Shown: positions 1 through 9,388, counted from the stretch's first letter. The stretch: 64,000 bases of DNA from an uncultured Clostridia bacterium (GCA_947631015.1 CANRJS010000002.1:67726-131725), one strand, 5' to 3'. Notes: generated from the sequence alone by a model not told the origin. Program-made: numbers and translations.

Positions 1-95
1 AAACTTAGAGTTCGCTCCAACTTATCCAAACTGATGTCCAAGACACTGCTGCGCCGTCCAAGACGGTCAAATTACTACATATATGAGGTGCAAAA

Positions 96-647
96 ATGCG
101 CAGCTATGTCAAAAATCTGACTCTTTCGGCCATGTTTATCGCTATCGGCTTTGTTCTCCCCTTCCTCACGGGTCATATCCCGCAGATAGGGTCTATGCTC
201 TCGCCGATGCACATTCCGGTCTTTCTCTGCGGACTTATCTGCGGCTGGCCCTACGGCGCGGTCGTGGGATTTCTCCTTCCGCTCAGCCGCTCGCTCATTC
301 TCGGGATGCCGCCGCTCTACCCGACGGCGCTTGCGATGTCGTTCGAGCTCCTTACCTACGGACTGGCAAGCGGTCTCATATACCGCCTCCTGCACCGCCG
401 CGGAATGCTCGCGGTGTATATAGCGCTCGTGGGCGCGATGCTCGCGGGGCGCGCGGTCTGGGGCGTCGCGCAGGTGATACTCCTCGGCATCGGCGGGAAT
501 GCGTTCACCTGGCAGGCATTTATGGCGGGCGCGTTCGTGAACGCCGTCCCCGGCATAATTCTCCATCTCATACTCGTACCCGCGATAATGTTCGCGCTCG
601 ACCGCACAAAACTCGTCAAGTTTGAAAAGGCGCCGACAGCGGCCTGA
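96..647 (+). CDS. ECF transporter S component (substrate unknown)
   Basis: 183 aa, very hydrophobic, LSAMFIAIG...PMHIPVFLCG...GWPYG pattern typical of ECF S components; GAGG RBS upstream; no A/T module adjacent. Confidence 0.8.
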   Translation: MRSYVKNLTLSAMFIAIGFVLPFLTGHIPQIGSMLSPMHIPVFLCGLICGWPYGAVVGFLLPLSRSLILGMPPLYPTALAMSFELLTYGLASGLIYRLLHRRGMLAVYIALVGAMLAGRAVWGVAQVILLGIGGNAFTWQAFMAGAFVNAVPGIILHLILVPAIMFALDRTKLVKFEKAPTAA

Positions 648-662
648 GCAAAATGCAACCGC

Positions 663-701
663 AAAAAAGCAGGTTCCCGAAAACCGGGAACCCGCTTTTT
701 T
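663..701. terminator. Bidirectional intrinsic terminator between convergent genes
   Basis: AAAAAA-GCAGGTTCCC-loop-GGGAACCCGC-TTTTTT. Confidence 0.75.
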
Positions 702-718
702 ATTTCTGTCGGAGTGGG

Positions 719-2449
719 TCAGAGCCGCGCCATGTCCTCCGTGCGGAACTGGAGGCTGTAGAGCTTCGCGTATGTACCGCCGCGCTCCATCAGCTCCGCG
801 TGCGTGCCCTCCTCGGTTATCCGTCCGCCCTCGACGACGACTATGCGATTGGCGTTCTTGACGGTCGAGAGGCGGTGCGCGACGACGAGCGTCGTGCGTC
901 CCTCGCACAGCTCGTCGAGCGCCCGCTGTATAAGTATCTCGGTGGTGTTGTCGAGCGCGCTCGTCGCCTCGTCGAGAATGAGTATAGCTGGGTTCTTGAG
1001 GAACACCCTCGCGATAGAGAGGCGCTGCTTCTGTCCGCCGGAGAGCTTCACGCCGCGCTCGCCTATCCGCGTCTCGTAGCCGTCCGGCAGGGACGCGACA
1101 TATTCGTCGATGTTCGCGCGCCGCGCGGCCTCGAGCATCTCCTCGCGCGTGGCGGACGGGCGTCCGTACATGATGTTTTCGGCTATCGTGCCGTCGAAGA
1201 GGAACACGTCCTGCTGGACTATGCCGATGTTGCGGCGGAGCGAGTCGAGCGTCACGTCGTCGATGTCCGTGCCGTCTATCGTGAGGCTCCCTTCGTCTCT
1301 GCGGTAGAAGCGCGGGATGAGGTGGCAGAGCGTCGTCTTTCCGCCGCCGGAGGGGCCCACGAGCGCGACCTTCTGCCCACGCTTCACGTCGAGCGTGATG
1401 TTGTGGACTACCTCGCCGTTCCCGTCGTAGGAGAAGGAGACGTTGTCAAAGCGTATGTCCCCGCGCACGTCCCGGAGCTCCTTCGCGTCCGGCCGTTCCT
1501 GCTCAGGCTCCTCGTCCATTATCTCAAGGAAGCGCTGGAATCCCGTGACGCCGTTCTGGAACTGCTCCACAAAGGATATGAGCGTCATCACCGGGCTGAT
1601 AAAGAGGTTTATCGAGACGATGAAGGTCGAGTAGTCCGCAAAGTTTATTCTGCCGGCGTAGAGGAAAAGTCCGCCCGCGATGAGCACCACGACGTTGAAA
1701 ACGTCGGTTATGAACGACGTGGAAGAGTGGAACTGAGCCATTACCTTGTAGCTCTTGCGGCGCGCCTCGACATACATCGAGTTGCCCACCTCGAACTTCT
1801 CGCTCTCCACGGCGGAGTTTGTGAAAGCCTTCGTCACACGGATGCCCGAGATGGAGCTCTCGAGCGCGGCGTTGACCACGGCGATGCTCTTCCGGCTCTC
1901 CATAAAGACGGCGTTCATCCTCTTGTTCAGCACGAGCGACACCGCAACGAGCAGCGGCACGCACGCGAATATTATGAGCGTCAGCGCGACGTCTATCATG
2001 CAGAGGTACACAAACGAGCCGACTATAGTTATCGTGCAGATGAAGAAGTTCTCCGGGCCGTGGTGCGCGAGCTCGGATATGTCCATAAGGTCGTTTGTCA
2101 TGCGGCTCATTATCTTGCCGGTCTCGTTGTTGTCGTAGTAGGAATATGGCAGCGTCTCGAGCTTGCGGAACATGTCCGAACGCATCTCCGCCTGCATCCT
2201 CACGCCGACGACGTGGCCCCAGTACTGCACGAAGTAGCGGAGTAGCATCCGTATGACATACACCGCGAGCAGTCCGACGCCGAATATCACGATAAGCCGG
2301 TAGTTCCTGTTGGGGATGAGGTCGTTGAGCATCGTGCGCGTCATGATGGGATAGAGCATACCTATCACCGAGATGAGGAGCGACGCGAGCATATCGAGCG
2401 TGAAGAGCTTCATGTGCGGCTTGTAGTAACTTATGAATCGTTTAAGCAT
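719..2449 (-). CDS. ABC exporter, fused permease/ATP-binding (MdlB/MsbA-like)
   Basis: N-terminal TM domain, Walker A GPSGGGKT, signature LSGGQ, Walker B ILILDEATS; GGAGG RBS. Confidence 0.92.
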   Translation of the reverse strand: MLKRFISYYKPHMKLFTLDMLASLLISVIGMLYPIMTRTMLNDLIPNRNYRLIVIFGVGLLAVYVIRMLLRYFVQYWGHVVGVRMQAEMRSDMFRKLETLPYSYYDNNETGKIMSRMTNDLMDISELAHHGPENFFICTITIVGSFVYLCMIDVALTLIIFACVPLLVAVSLVLNKRMNAVFMESRKSIAVVNAALESSISGIRVTKAFTNSAVESEKFEVGNSMYVEARRKSYKVMAQFHSSTSFITDVFNVVVLIAGGLFLYAGRINFADYSTFIVSINLFISPVMTLISFVEQFQNGVTGFQRFLEIMDEEPEQERPDAKELRDVRGDIRFDNVSFSYDGNGEVVHNITLDVKRGQKVALVGPSGGGKTTLCHLIPRFYRRDEGSLTIDGTDIDDVTLDSLRRNIGIVQQDVFLFDGTIAENIMYGRPSATREEMLEAARRANIDEYVASLPDGYETRIGERGVKLSGGQKQRLSIARVFLKNPAILILDEATSALDNTTEILIQRALDELCEGRTTLVVAHRLSTVKNANRIVVVEGGRITEEGTHAELMERGGTYAKLYSLQFRTEDMARL

Positions 2450-2664
2450 GTGTCCTCCGTGTGTTTTCCGTTTGCTGTGGTTTTCGGCGCTGTTACGCCA
2501 AGAGTCCGGGCGTGTCCGGCGTGACCCGCTTTCGCGCGGAACATACCGCCGTGGCCGGCGTCCGCGCGAAGTATGCCGTCACGTCCGGCGTCCGTGTAAA
2601 ACGCGCCGGAGCGGTTCGCGTCCGACGGAGCACCCGCCGCCGGGGTAAGCGAAACACCCGTGCT

Positions 2665-2693
2665 ATTTTAGCACACAAATCGCCGCCGTGCAA
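2665..2693 (-). promoter_or_regulatory. Putative sigma-A promoter of the ABC exporter
   Basis: TTGCAC-17 bp-TAAAAT with TG extended -10 on the minus strand. Confidence 0.55.
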
Positions 2694-2734
2694 ATAAAAT
2701 CTGCGGGCGGGGCCCGCAGATCGGCGCGGCGCAA

Positions 2735-3841
2735 TTATCGCCACGCAAGCTCTTTCAGCCTTGGCATGGCGTAGTCGAAGAACTCCCGGAACGCGGGGCA
2801 GAAGTAGTTCCTCCGCGCAGCGCCGGGTGCGAGCGGCTCGCAGTCGCGGCGGCAGCCGCCGCGGCAGACCATGAAGTACGGGCAGGACACACATTCCTCC
2901 CCCTCCGCCGCCGACTCCGCAAGGAAGCGCTGCGCCGCGTCCGAGGCTCGGAGCTCGTCGAAACCGTCCTCCCGAATATTTCCCATCCGCCACCCGTCGA
3001 GGCAGTAGAAGTCGCAGGGGTACACCGACCCGTCCGACTCCACGACGTTCTGGACGGCGCAGTGTCCCCAGAGGGTGCAGGTCTCCGGCGCGCGGCCCAT
3101 CAGCATCCCCACAAGGTTCTCGAAGTACCGTATATAGATGAAATTTCCCGCCTTTATATCCCGATACCAGAGGTCGAACAGCGTTTTCAGGAACTTCGCG
3201 TACTTCTCGGGGATGAGCGAGTACGGCGACGTCCCCCGCGTCTGCACGAGCGGGTCGAGGCAGGGTATGTACTGCTGATAGAGCAGGCCGGATCGCCGGA
3301 AGAAGTTGTATATCTTCGTTATCGAGTCAGCAGTCCTGCCGGTGACGACGGTGAGCACGTTGAAGTCTACCCTGTGCGCCGTGAGCAGCTGCGCCGCGTG
3401 CAGGACGCGGGAGTATGTCCCCCTCCCCTCCGCGTCGACGCGGTTGAGGTCGTGGACGTCCTTCGAGCCGTCGAGCGACAGACCCACGAGGAAGCGGTTC
3501 TTATGCAGGAACTCCGCCCACTCGTCGTCTATGAGCAGGCCGTTTGTCTGTATGGCGTTCGATATACGCACGCCCCGGACGTTGTACTTCTTCTGAAGCT
3601 CCACCGCCTTGCGGAAGAAATCCAGTCCGCGAAGCGTCGGTTCCCCTCCCTGAAAGCCGAAGGTGCAGTCCCGCGTCGCGTACCGAAGCGCCTTCTCGGT
3701 AAGTATCTCAAGCGTCTCCTCCGACATCTGTCCGTAGGAGAAGGTGTCGCGGTTCATCTGCTCGTCGTGGTAGAAACAGTACCGGCACCGCATGTTGCAG
3801 CCGCCGGAGGCGGGCTTTATAAGCAGGTTGAGAGACGGCAT
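2735..3841 (-). CDS. Anaerobic sulfatase maturase (radical SAM/SPASM, anSME)
   Basis: LIKPASGGCNMRCRYC (CxxxCxxC), FQGGEPTL, C-terminal SPASM cysteines; start moved to ATG 3841, 2 bp after the sulfatase stop. Confidence 0.92.
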   Translation of the reverse strand: MPSLNLLIKPASGGCNMRCRYCFYHDEQMNRDTFSYGQMSEETLEILTEKALRYATRDCTFGFQGGEPTLRGLDFFRKAVELQKKYNVRGVRISNAIQTNGLLIDDEWAEFLHKNRFLVGLSLDGSKDVHDLNRVDAEGRGTYSRVLHAAQLLTAHRVDFNVLTVVTGRTADSITKIYNFFRRSGLLYQQYIPCLDPLVQTRGTSPYSLIPEKYAKFLKTLFDLWYRDIKAGNFIYIRYFENLVGMLMGRAPETCTLWGHCAVQNVVESDGSVYPCDFYCLDGWRMGNIREDGFDELRASDAAQRFLAESAAEGEECVSCPYFMVCRGGCRRDCEPLAPGAARRNYFCPAFREFFDYAMPRLKELAWR

Positions 3842-3843
3842 AT

Positions 3844-5304
3844 CTATGACCTGCGGCAGTGCCGCGCGCGGAGGCGATCCGCGCCCTCCTTCCGCCCGGT
3901 CTCCTCGAGCCGACGGAGATACGGCGGGAGCAGCTTGTCCGAGGCGTGGTACGGGCCGCCCTCCGCAAGCACCGTCCACATCGGGTCGGGCGTGCCCGGC
4001 TGCTTTGCCATCTGCTCGTCCTGCCAGTCAAGGATTATCTTCGCGCCGAGGGCGCACAGCTCCGGGCACTCCTCCTTGAGGTCGTACTGCTCGTGCGGGT
4101 CGTCTGAGAGGTTGTAGAGCATCTCGCCGTCAAAGAGGTGGAAGCCGTCGTGGTAGGTGCGGACGTAGAGCCAGTCCCCGAACCGCGCCGAGCGCTGACA
4201 GACGTGCGCCATCTGGCTGATGACGAGGCTTTCGCGCCCCACGTCCTCGCCGCTCATCACGGCGTCCGCAAAGCCGGCGCCGTCCCAGTTGCCGCATCGC
4301 TCCACCCCGAGGAGGTCGGCAACGGTGGGCAGCAGGTCGAGGTTGTAGTGAAGCCCTCCGGCGGTGGCGCCCTTCGCGCCGCCCGGCCACTTCACTATCA
4401 GCGGGATGTGGCAGGTCGCCTCGTCCGCAAATCCGTGCTCGCAGTAGACGCCGAGCTCGCCCATGCTCTCACCGTGGTCGGAGGTGACGATTATGGCGGT
4501 GTCGTCGTATATCCCCTGACTGCGGAGCAGGTCGAGTATCTCCCCCACGAGCTTATCCGCGTAGCTTATACCGCAGTCGTATCCGTCGATTATCCGGCGG
4601 AGACCCGCCATGTCCGAGGCGCTCCCCGGCATTCTCGGGCATCCGGGTATCTCCGCGTCGTCGTACATATCCAGCTCGTTTACCGAGTGCGGGCCGACGT
4701 GCGCGCGGTGCCGCTCAAAGACCTCCTCGGTTATCCATTCGGGCAGAGGGTCGTTTTCAAACGGATCGCCGAAGTCCTCCGGCGCGCGGTAGGGCGTGTG
4801 CGGGTCCCAGAAGTGGACGTGCAGAAACCAGTTCTCGCGTCCGCGGTTCCGCTCGAGCCACCCGAGCGCCTCGGGCAGCACCTTCTCCCCCGACTCGAGA
4901 CCGCTTCCGCCGACGTTTATGCACTCGTGGAAGCCCGCATTGAACCACCACGCAGAGTGGCGCTCCGCAAAGGTGCTTATCGAAGCGGTGTACATCCCGG
5001 CTCTGCGGAAAATGTTGTGGAAGTTGTTCAGATCCACATAGTCCTTGAAGTCCCTGTCGCGGCCGGTGAGGCGGCGGTCCGCCGCCGTGCCGCCGTGACC
5101 GACGACTCCGCTGCGTATTCCGAACATCCCGCTCACGAGCGCGGCGCGAGACGGGAGGCAGGGCGCGTCGCTGCAATAGCATCGGTCGAAGCGGACGCCC
5201 TCACGGCACACTCGGTCGATGTTCGGCGTGGTGCGCCGCGCGTAGCCGTAGCAGGACATGTGGTCGGGGCGCAGAGTGTCGATGTCGATAAACAGAACTC
5301 TCAT
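3844..5304 (-). CDS. Cys-type formylglycine-dependent sulfatase (S1)
   Basis: IDIDTLRPDH, PCLPSRAALVSG (CxPxR), TSDHGE; start at ATG 5304 with AAGGAGG RBS. Confidence 0.92.
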   Translation of the reverse strand: MRVLFIDIDTLRPDHMSCYGYARRTTPNIDRVCREGVRFDRCYCSDAPCLPSRAALVSGMFGIRSGVVGHGGTAADRRLTGRDRDFKDYVDLNNFHNIFRRAGMYTASISTFAERHSAWWFNAGFHECINVGGSGLESGEKVLPEALGWLERNRGRENWFLHVHFWDPHTPYRAPEDFGDPFENDPLPEWITEEVFERHRAHVGPHSVNELDMYDDAEIPGCPRMPGSASDMAGLRRIIDGYDCGISYADKLVGEILDLLRSQGIYDDTAIIVTSDHGESMGELGVYCEHGFADEATCHIPLIVKWPGGAKGATAGGLHYNLDLLPTVADLLGVERCGNWDGAGFADAVMSGEDVGRESLVISQMAHVCQRSARFGDWLYVRTYHDGFHLFDGEMLYNLSDDPHEQYDLKEECPELCALGAKIILDWQDEQMAKQPGTPDPMWTVLAEGGPYHASDKLLPPYLRRLEETGRKEGADRLRARHCRRS

Positions 5305-5502
5305 CTTTTCCTCCTTATCTCCGTTGTTAGTGTTTGCGCAGGCAGTATATATCTGCTTTGATTTTATCATCAGACGCGTCGAAAGGCAATGACATTCCGG
5401 CGTAAAATCGGACAGAAAATCGGCGCGGAAGCATGGAAAAGCTCCCCGCGCGGAACCGTATACACGGTTCCGCGCGGGGAGCGCAGTCATATTCCCGCTA
5501 TT

Positions 5503-8166
5503 CTACCTCGCGTATTTAATAACAATGCGGAGCATGTCGCGGACGTTCGCGCGAAGGCGTTCGCGGTCGAGGCGTCCGTCGTTCAGCGCGTCGAGGATAG
5601 GCGTGACCTCGCGGTCGTCCATGCTTCCCGGCGCAACCCACGAGAGACCCGCCTGCGCGGGCGCGCCGCCGGCGCATCCGCTCGTGCCGCCCCAGTCGCT
5701 CATGACGTAGCCCTCGAAGCCCCACTCCTCGCGGAGTATGCCTTCAAGCAGGTCCTCGTCCTCGGCGCACCAGACGCCGTTTACGGCGTTGTATCCGGTC
5801 ATGACGGTGTCCGGCATATAGACCTGAAGCGCCTCCTCGAACACCCTGAGATAGACCTCGCGGGCGGTGCGCTCGGTCATTATCGCGTGGTTGGTGTTTC
5901 TCAGATACTCGGCGTTGTTTGCAAAGAAGTGTTTGAAGCTGCACGCCACTCCGCATGACTGGAGCCCGCGCCCCTCCTGCGCCGCCATGCGTCCCGCGAG
6001 GACGGGGTCCTCCGAGAAGTACTCGCTGTGGCGTCCGCAGAGCGGGTTGCGGTGGATGTTCGCCGCCGGCGCGAGGATGCACGGCAGCGCCATGCCTATC
6101 GCCTCCTCCGCTATCGCGCGTCCCTCCTCGTAGGAGAGGCGCTCGTTGAAGGTGGCGCAGACGACGTTCGAGACCGGGAAGCCGATGTTCGCGTCGTTCA
6201 TGTTGAGACCGTTGTTGCCGTCCGAGAAGTAGTACTCCTTCGGCAGTTCGTACTTCTCGAGCGCACCCTCGGCATAGAGCACGCCGGCAAAGCCGCTCTC
6301 TCCGTAGCCCCAGCCGACGCGTCCGCCGGCGGAGGCGCGGCAGAGCTCGTAGTCGCTCATCTGGAGGACGAAGCTGTCAAGCAGCGACGGGTCCTTCACG
6401 AGCATCGGATAGGTGATGACGCTCTCCGGCTTCTCTCCCCTGACCGGGCGAGCCTCCGGCGTGCGCTCGCGCTCGCGGCGGTACGGAAGCTCCTTCGACT
6501 TCACGACGGCGCTGTTCTGCCCCTTCGGATACGTCCCCTCCGGGTCGCGGCGGCTCAGCTCATGCACCTCTATCGGCGGCGTGACGCGATTCTTCACCTT
6601 TGAGACGACTATCGTCTCCGGCACGTCAAAGGACGCGGTCTCGGCGGCCTCCGCCACCGAGCCGCCGAGGTACAGTTTAACCGTGCCCGGCTCGACTATC
6701 CAGCTTGCGGTCTCCTCATCGTAGGAGTCGAAGCCGCGCGCCGTCACTCTGAAATGAAGCGTCTCGCAGGCTCCCGGCGCGAGAGTGTCGGTCTTTGCAA
6801 AGTCCACGAGGCGGCGGCTCGGCTGTTCGAGCTTGCCCTGCGGCAGCTCCGCGAAGAGCAGGACGCTCTCCTTGCCCGGGCGCGAACCGGTGTTCGTCAC
6901 GCGGACGTCCATCTCTACCTCCGCGCCGCAGCTTGCAAACCGCACGCACTCGCGCCTGAAAGTAGTGTAGCTCAGTCCGTGACCGAACGGGAACGCGACG
7001 GGATTTTCGAAGGTCTCGAAGTAGCGGTAGCCGACGTACAGCCCCTCCTCGTAGACCGTGACGTTGAAGTCGCGCTCCGCGCCGAAGCCCATCTGCGGGC
7101 CTCTCGGCGTCGCGCCGACGGCGAGGTTGTAGTTCTCGGAGGACGGTATGTCGCGGTAGTCTATCGCCCACGTGTCCGGCAGACGTCCGGAGGGCGAGAC
7201 CGTGCCGTCAAGTATCTCCGCGAGGGCGCGTCCGCCCGCCATGCCGTTGAGGCCGGTCCAGAGTATCGCGTCCGCCTCGTCCGTCCAGCCCATCTCAATA
7301 GGATAGCCCGTGTTCAGCACGACGACGAGCTTCTCGAATTTCGCGCGAAGCGACTTCATCAGCGCCCGCTCGTCGTCGGAAAGGTAGTACTCGCCGGGTC
7401 TGAGTGCGGTGTCCTCGCTCTCGCCGGTGGGACGGCTTATAACGAACACCGCCGTGCCGCTCGCGGCTCTCGCGCGCTCCACGGCGTCCTCCGGCGGGAG
7501 GACGTCGCGCTCGCCGCGGTAGAAGTCCGCAAGCTCGCGGTTGAGTTTGAGGGACGAATATTTCTCAATGCCCTCGACAAAGCGTATCCCGTAGCGGGGA
7601 TTTATCTTTCCCGCGCCGACGCAGCCGAGGCGGTAGGTCGCAACGCCGCTGCCGAACGCGTTAAGTGCGCTTCCCTTTGCGAGCGGGAGCGTGCCGTCGT
7701 TCTTCAGAAGCACCGCGCCCTCGCGCGCCGCCTGAAGGACGAGCGGGTCGTGCTCGGGGTACACCTCGCCCGGCTCTACCTTCGGAAGCGTGTGCACCGT
7801 CGCCTCGAACGGCGGTATCTCGCTTCCGTCCGCCGCCTTCATGCCCTCGAGGCGAACAGTGTAGTCATGGTCGTACTCCGTAAACCGGCTCCGCACAAAG
7901 ACGCCGAGCATCGTGGTGCCGAACATCTCGCCGCCTACGACCGGCGCGCCGACATACTCGCCGTCAACATAGAAGCGCCCGCCGGCGTCCTCCGCGAGCG
8001 GTCTGAGGCAGACGAGCCCGAGGCAGCCGCTCATGCGGTGATCCATCATGTAGGACTTGCCGTCCACGTCGTCGATGTTGTACACCGGCTCGCTCGAAAG
8101 CGATATGGCGGGCGCGTCCATGCCTCCCGCGTGACTTTCGTGAATGAGCTTCGATGTTTCGTCCAT
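5503..8166 (-). CDS. Glycoside hydrolase family 3 with permuted domain order (GH3_C, Fn3-like, then GH3_N)
   Basis: GAVLLKN, SGRLPDTW, YYEGLYVGYRYF-like and FPFGHGLSYT in the first half; NIHRNPLCGRHSEYFSEDP, KHFFANN and VMSDWG nucleophile near the C-terminus. Confidence 0.9.
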   Translation of the reverse strand: MDETSKLIHESHAGGMDAPAISLSSEPVYNIDDVDGKSYMMDHRMSGCLGLVCLRPLAEDAGGRFYVDGEYVGAPVVGGEMFGTTMLGVFVRSRFTEYDHDYTVRLEGMKAADGSEIPPFEATVHTLPKVEPGEVYPEHDPLVLQAAREGAVLLKNDGTLPLAKGSALNAFGSGVATYRLGCVGAGKINPRYGIRFVEGIEKYSSLKLNRELADFYRGERDVLPPEDAVERARAASGTAVFVISRPTGESEDTALRPGEYYLSDDERALMKSLRAKFEKLVVVLNTGYPIEMGWTDEADAILWTGLNGMAGGRALAEILDGTVSPSGRLPDTWAIDYRDIPSSENYNLAVGATPRGPQMGFGAERDFNVTVYEEGLYVGYRYFETFENPVAFPFGHGLSYTTFRRECVRFASCGAEVEMDVRVTNTGSRPGKESVLLFAELPQGKLEQPSRRLVDFAKTDTLAPGACETLHFRVTARGFDSYDEETASWIVEPGTVKLYLGGSVAEAAETASFDVPETIVVSKVKNRVTPPIEVHELSRRDPEGTYPKGQNSAVVKSKELPYRRERERTPEARPVRGEKPESVITYPMLVKDPSLLDSFVLQMSDYELCRASAGGRVGWGYGESGFAGVLYAEGALEKYELPKEYYFSDGNNGLNMNDANIGFPVSNVVCATFNERLSYEEGRAIAEEAIGMALPCILAPAANIHRNPLCGRHSEYFSEDPVLAGRMAAQEGRGLQSCGVACSFKHFFANNAEYLRNTNHAIMTERTAREVYLRVFEEALQVYMPDTVMTGYNAVNGVWCAEDEDLLEGILREEWGFEGYVMSDWGGTSGCAGGAPAQAGLSWVAPGSMDDREVTPILDALNDGRLDRERLRANVRDMLRIVIKYAR

Positions 8167-8225
8167 AGAAGTTGCTCCTCCTTATGTAAAAATTGCGTCA
8201 TATTACTGACGTTCTCATTACATAC

Positions 8226-8255
8226 ATTGTAGCATTCCCGGCACACACCTGTCAA
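8226..8255 (-). promoter_or_regulatory. Putative sigma-A promoter of the GH3-sulfatase-anSME operon
   Basis: TTGACA-18 bp-TACAAT with TG extended -10 on the minus strand. Confidence 0.6.
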
Positions 8256-8288
8256 CAGGAAATCGCGATACCCGCAAAAAGATTTTTG

Positions 8289-8345
8289 TTGACAGAGCTC
8301 TTCGTGCCGTGTTATGATTTAACCGTGGTATGAAAACTTTTTTCA
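8289..8345 (+). promoter_or_regulatory. Putative lacI-family promoter plus LacI-type operator
   Basis: TTGACA-18 bp-TATGAT (extended -10) followed by palindrome TGAAAA-CTT-TTTTCA at 8331-8345. Confidence 0.55.
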
Positions 8346-8360
8346 CAGGTGTGACCGACT

Positions 8361-9326
8361 ATGACAACTATCGAAGACATCGCAAAGGAAGCCGGCGTAT
8401 CCATAGCGACGGTGTCGCGCGTGCTGAACGGACGCGGGTACGTCGCGGAAGCGACGCGCGCCGCCGTCCTTCGCGCGGCAAGCAAGCTCGGGCGGAGCGT
8501 CGACCCGGAGTTTCTCCGCAAGCGCATACTCGTGGCGTGCGTCCCGTCCGGCCACGCGCTCGTCGAGCCGATAATGAAGGCGGCGGAGGGCTACAACCTC
8601 TCCCCGCTCTACAAAATAGTGTCCTCCGCGTCGCTCCGCGCGGACGACGTCGCCTTTGATGGCGACTTTGACGGCGTTCTGCTTATCGACGGCGTGATAA
8701 GCCGCGCCGAGCTCGAGAAGCTGCGTGCGCGCGTGCCGGTGGTGGAGTGCCGCAACTACAACGACGTTGAACGCGAGGTCTCGGTGATGGTAGACGACGT
8801 CGCCATGGGTTACCGGCTCACAAAGCACCTCACCGACACCGGCAAAACGCGCGTCGCGACGGTGCTTCTGAACGGCGGGATAAGCTCGCGGCCGCACGTT
8901 GTCGAACGCATGCAGGGATACCGCGCGGCGCTCGCCGAGGCGGGGCTCTCCCCCGCCGTCTCCTACCGGCGCGATTTTCCCGGCGGCGCGGACGGATTCC
9001 TCCCTCTGCTCCGGCGGGACGCCGGACGCGAGTGGGACGCGCTCATCTATCCCGAGCCGATGGACGAGCTTGCGGAGCTTCTGCGCCTGCTCCGAGCGGA
9101 CGGGCTGGATGTCCCGGGAAATGTCGCGCTCGCGTCCTTCGGCGACTCGCCCGCGCTCGAACGTGCCGGGATAACCGCAACGCGCCAGCCGCTCGAGGCG
9201 ATAGCGGGCGCGTCGCTCTTCATGCTAGACGGACTGATGAGCGGACGGCTCGAGGTCGCCGAGTCGATGCAGCTTCGCCTGCGCCCGGAGCTCAGTATAC
9301 GCGGGTCGTCCCAACCGCTTCTTTGA
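8361..9326 (+). CDS. LacI-family transcriptional regulator
   Basis: N-terminal HTH TIEDIAKEAGVSIATVSRVLNG and a sugar-binding-type C-terminus; divergent from GH3. Confidence 0.9.
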   Translation: MTTIEDIAKEAGVSIATVSRVLNGRGYVAEATRAAVLRAASKLGRSVDPEFLRKRILVACVPSGHALVEPIMKAAEGYNLSPLYKIVSSASLRADDVAFDGDFDGVLLIDGVISRAELEKLRARVPVVECRNYNDVEREVSVMVDDVAMGYRLTKHLTDTGKTRVATVLLNGGISSRPHVVERMQGYRAALAEAGLSPAVSYRRDFPGGADGFLPLLRRDAGREWDALIYPEPMDELAELLRLLRADGLDVPGNVALASFGDSPALERAGITATRQPLEAIAGASLFMLDGLMSGRLEVAESMQLRLRPELSIRGSSQPLL

Positions 9327-9388
9327 AGCGCTTTGGCGCTCTCTCAAGCGGCGCGGATTCGCGCCGAAGACATCCGCATAAAAGCGGG

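Noticed and set aside
653-2245. Long antisense and alternate-frame ORFs (for example 653..2245, 9333..11273, 19619..22237, 49902..52262, 55237..59046)
   Set aside because: Shadow ORFs opposite well-supported genes, expected at this GC content; no RBS or family motifs
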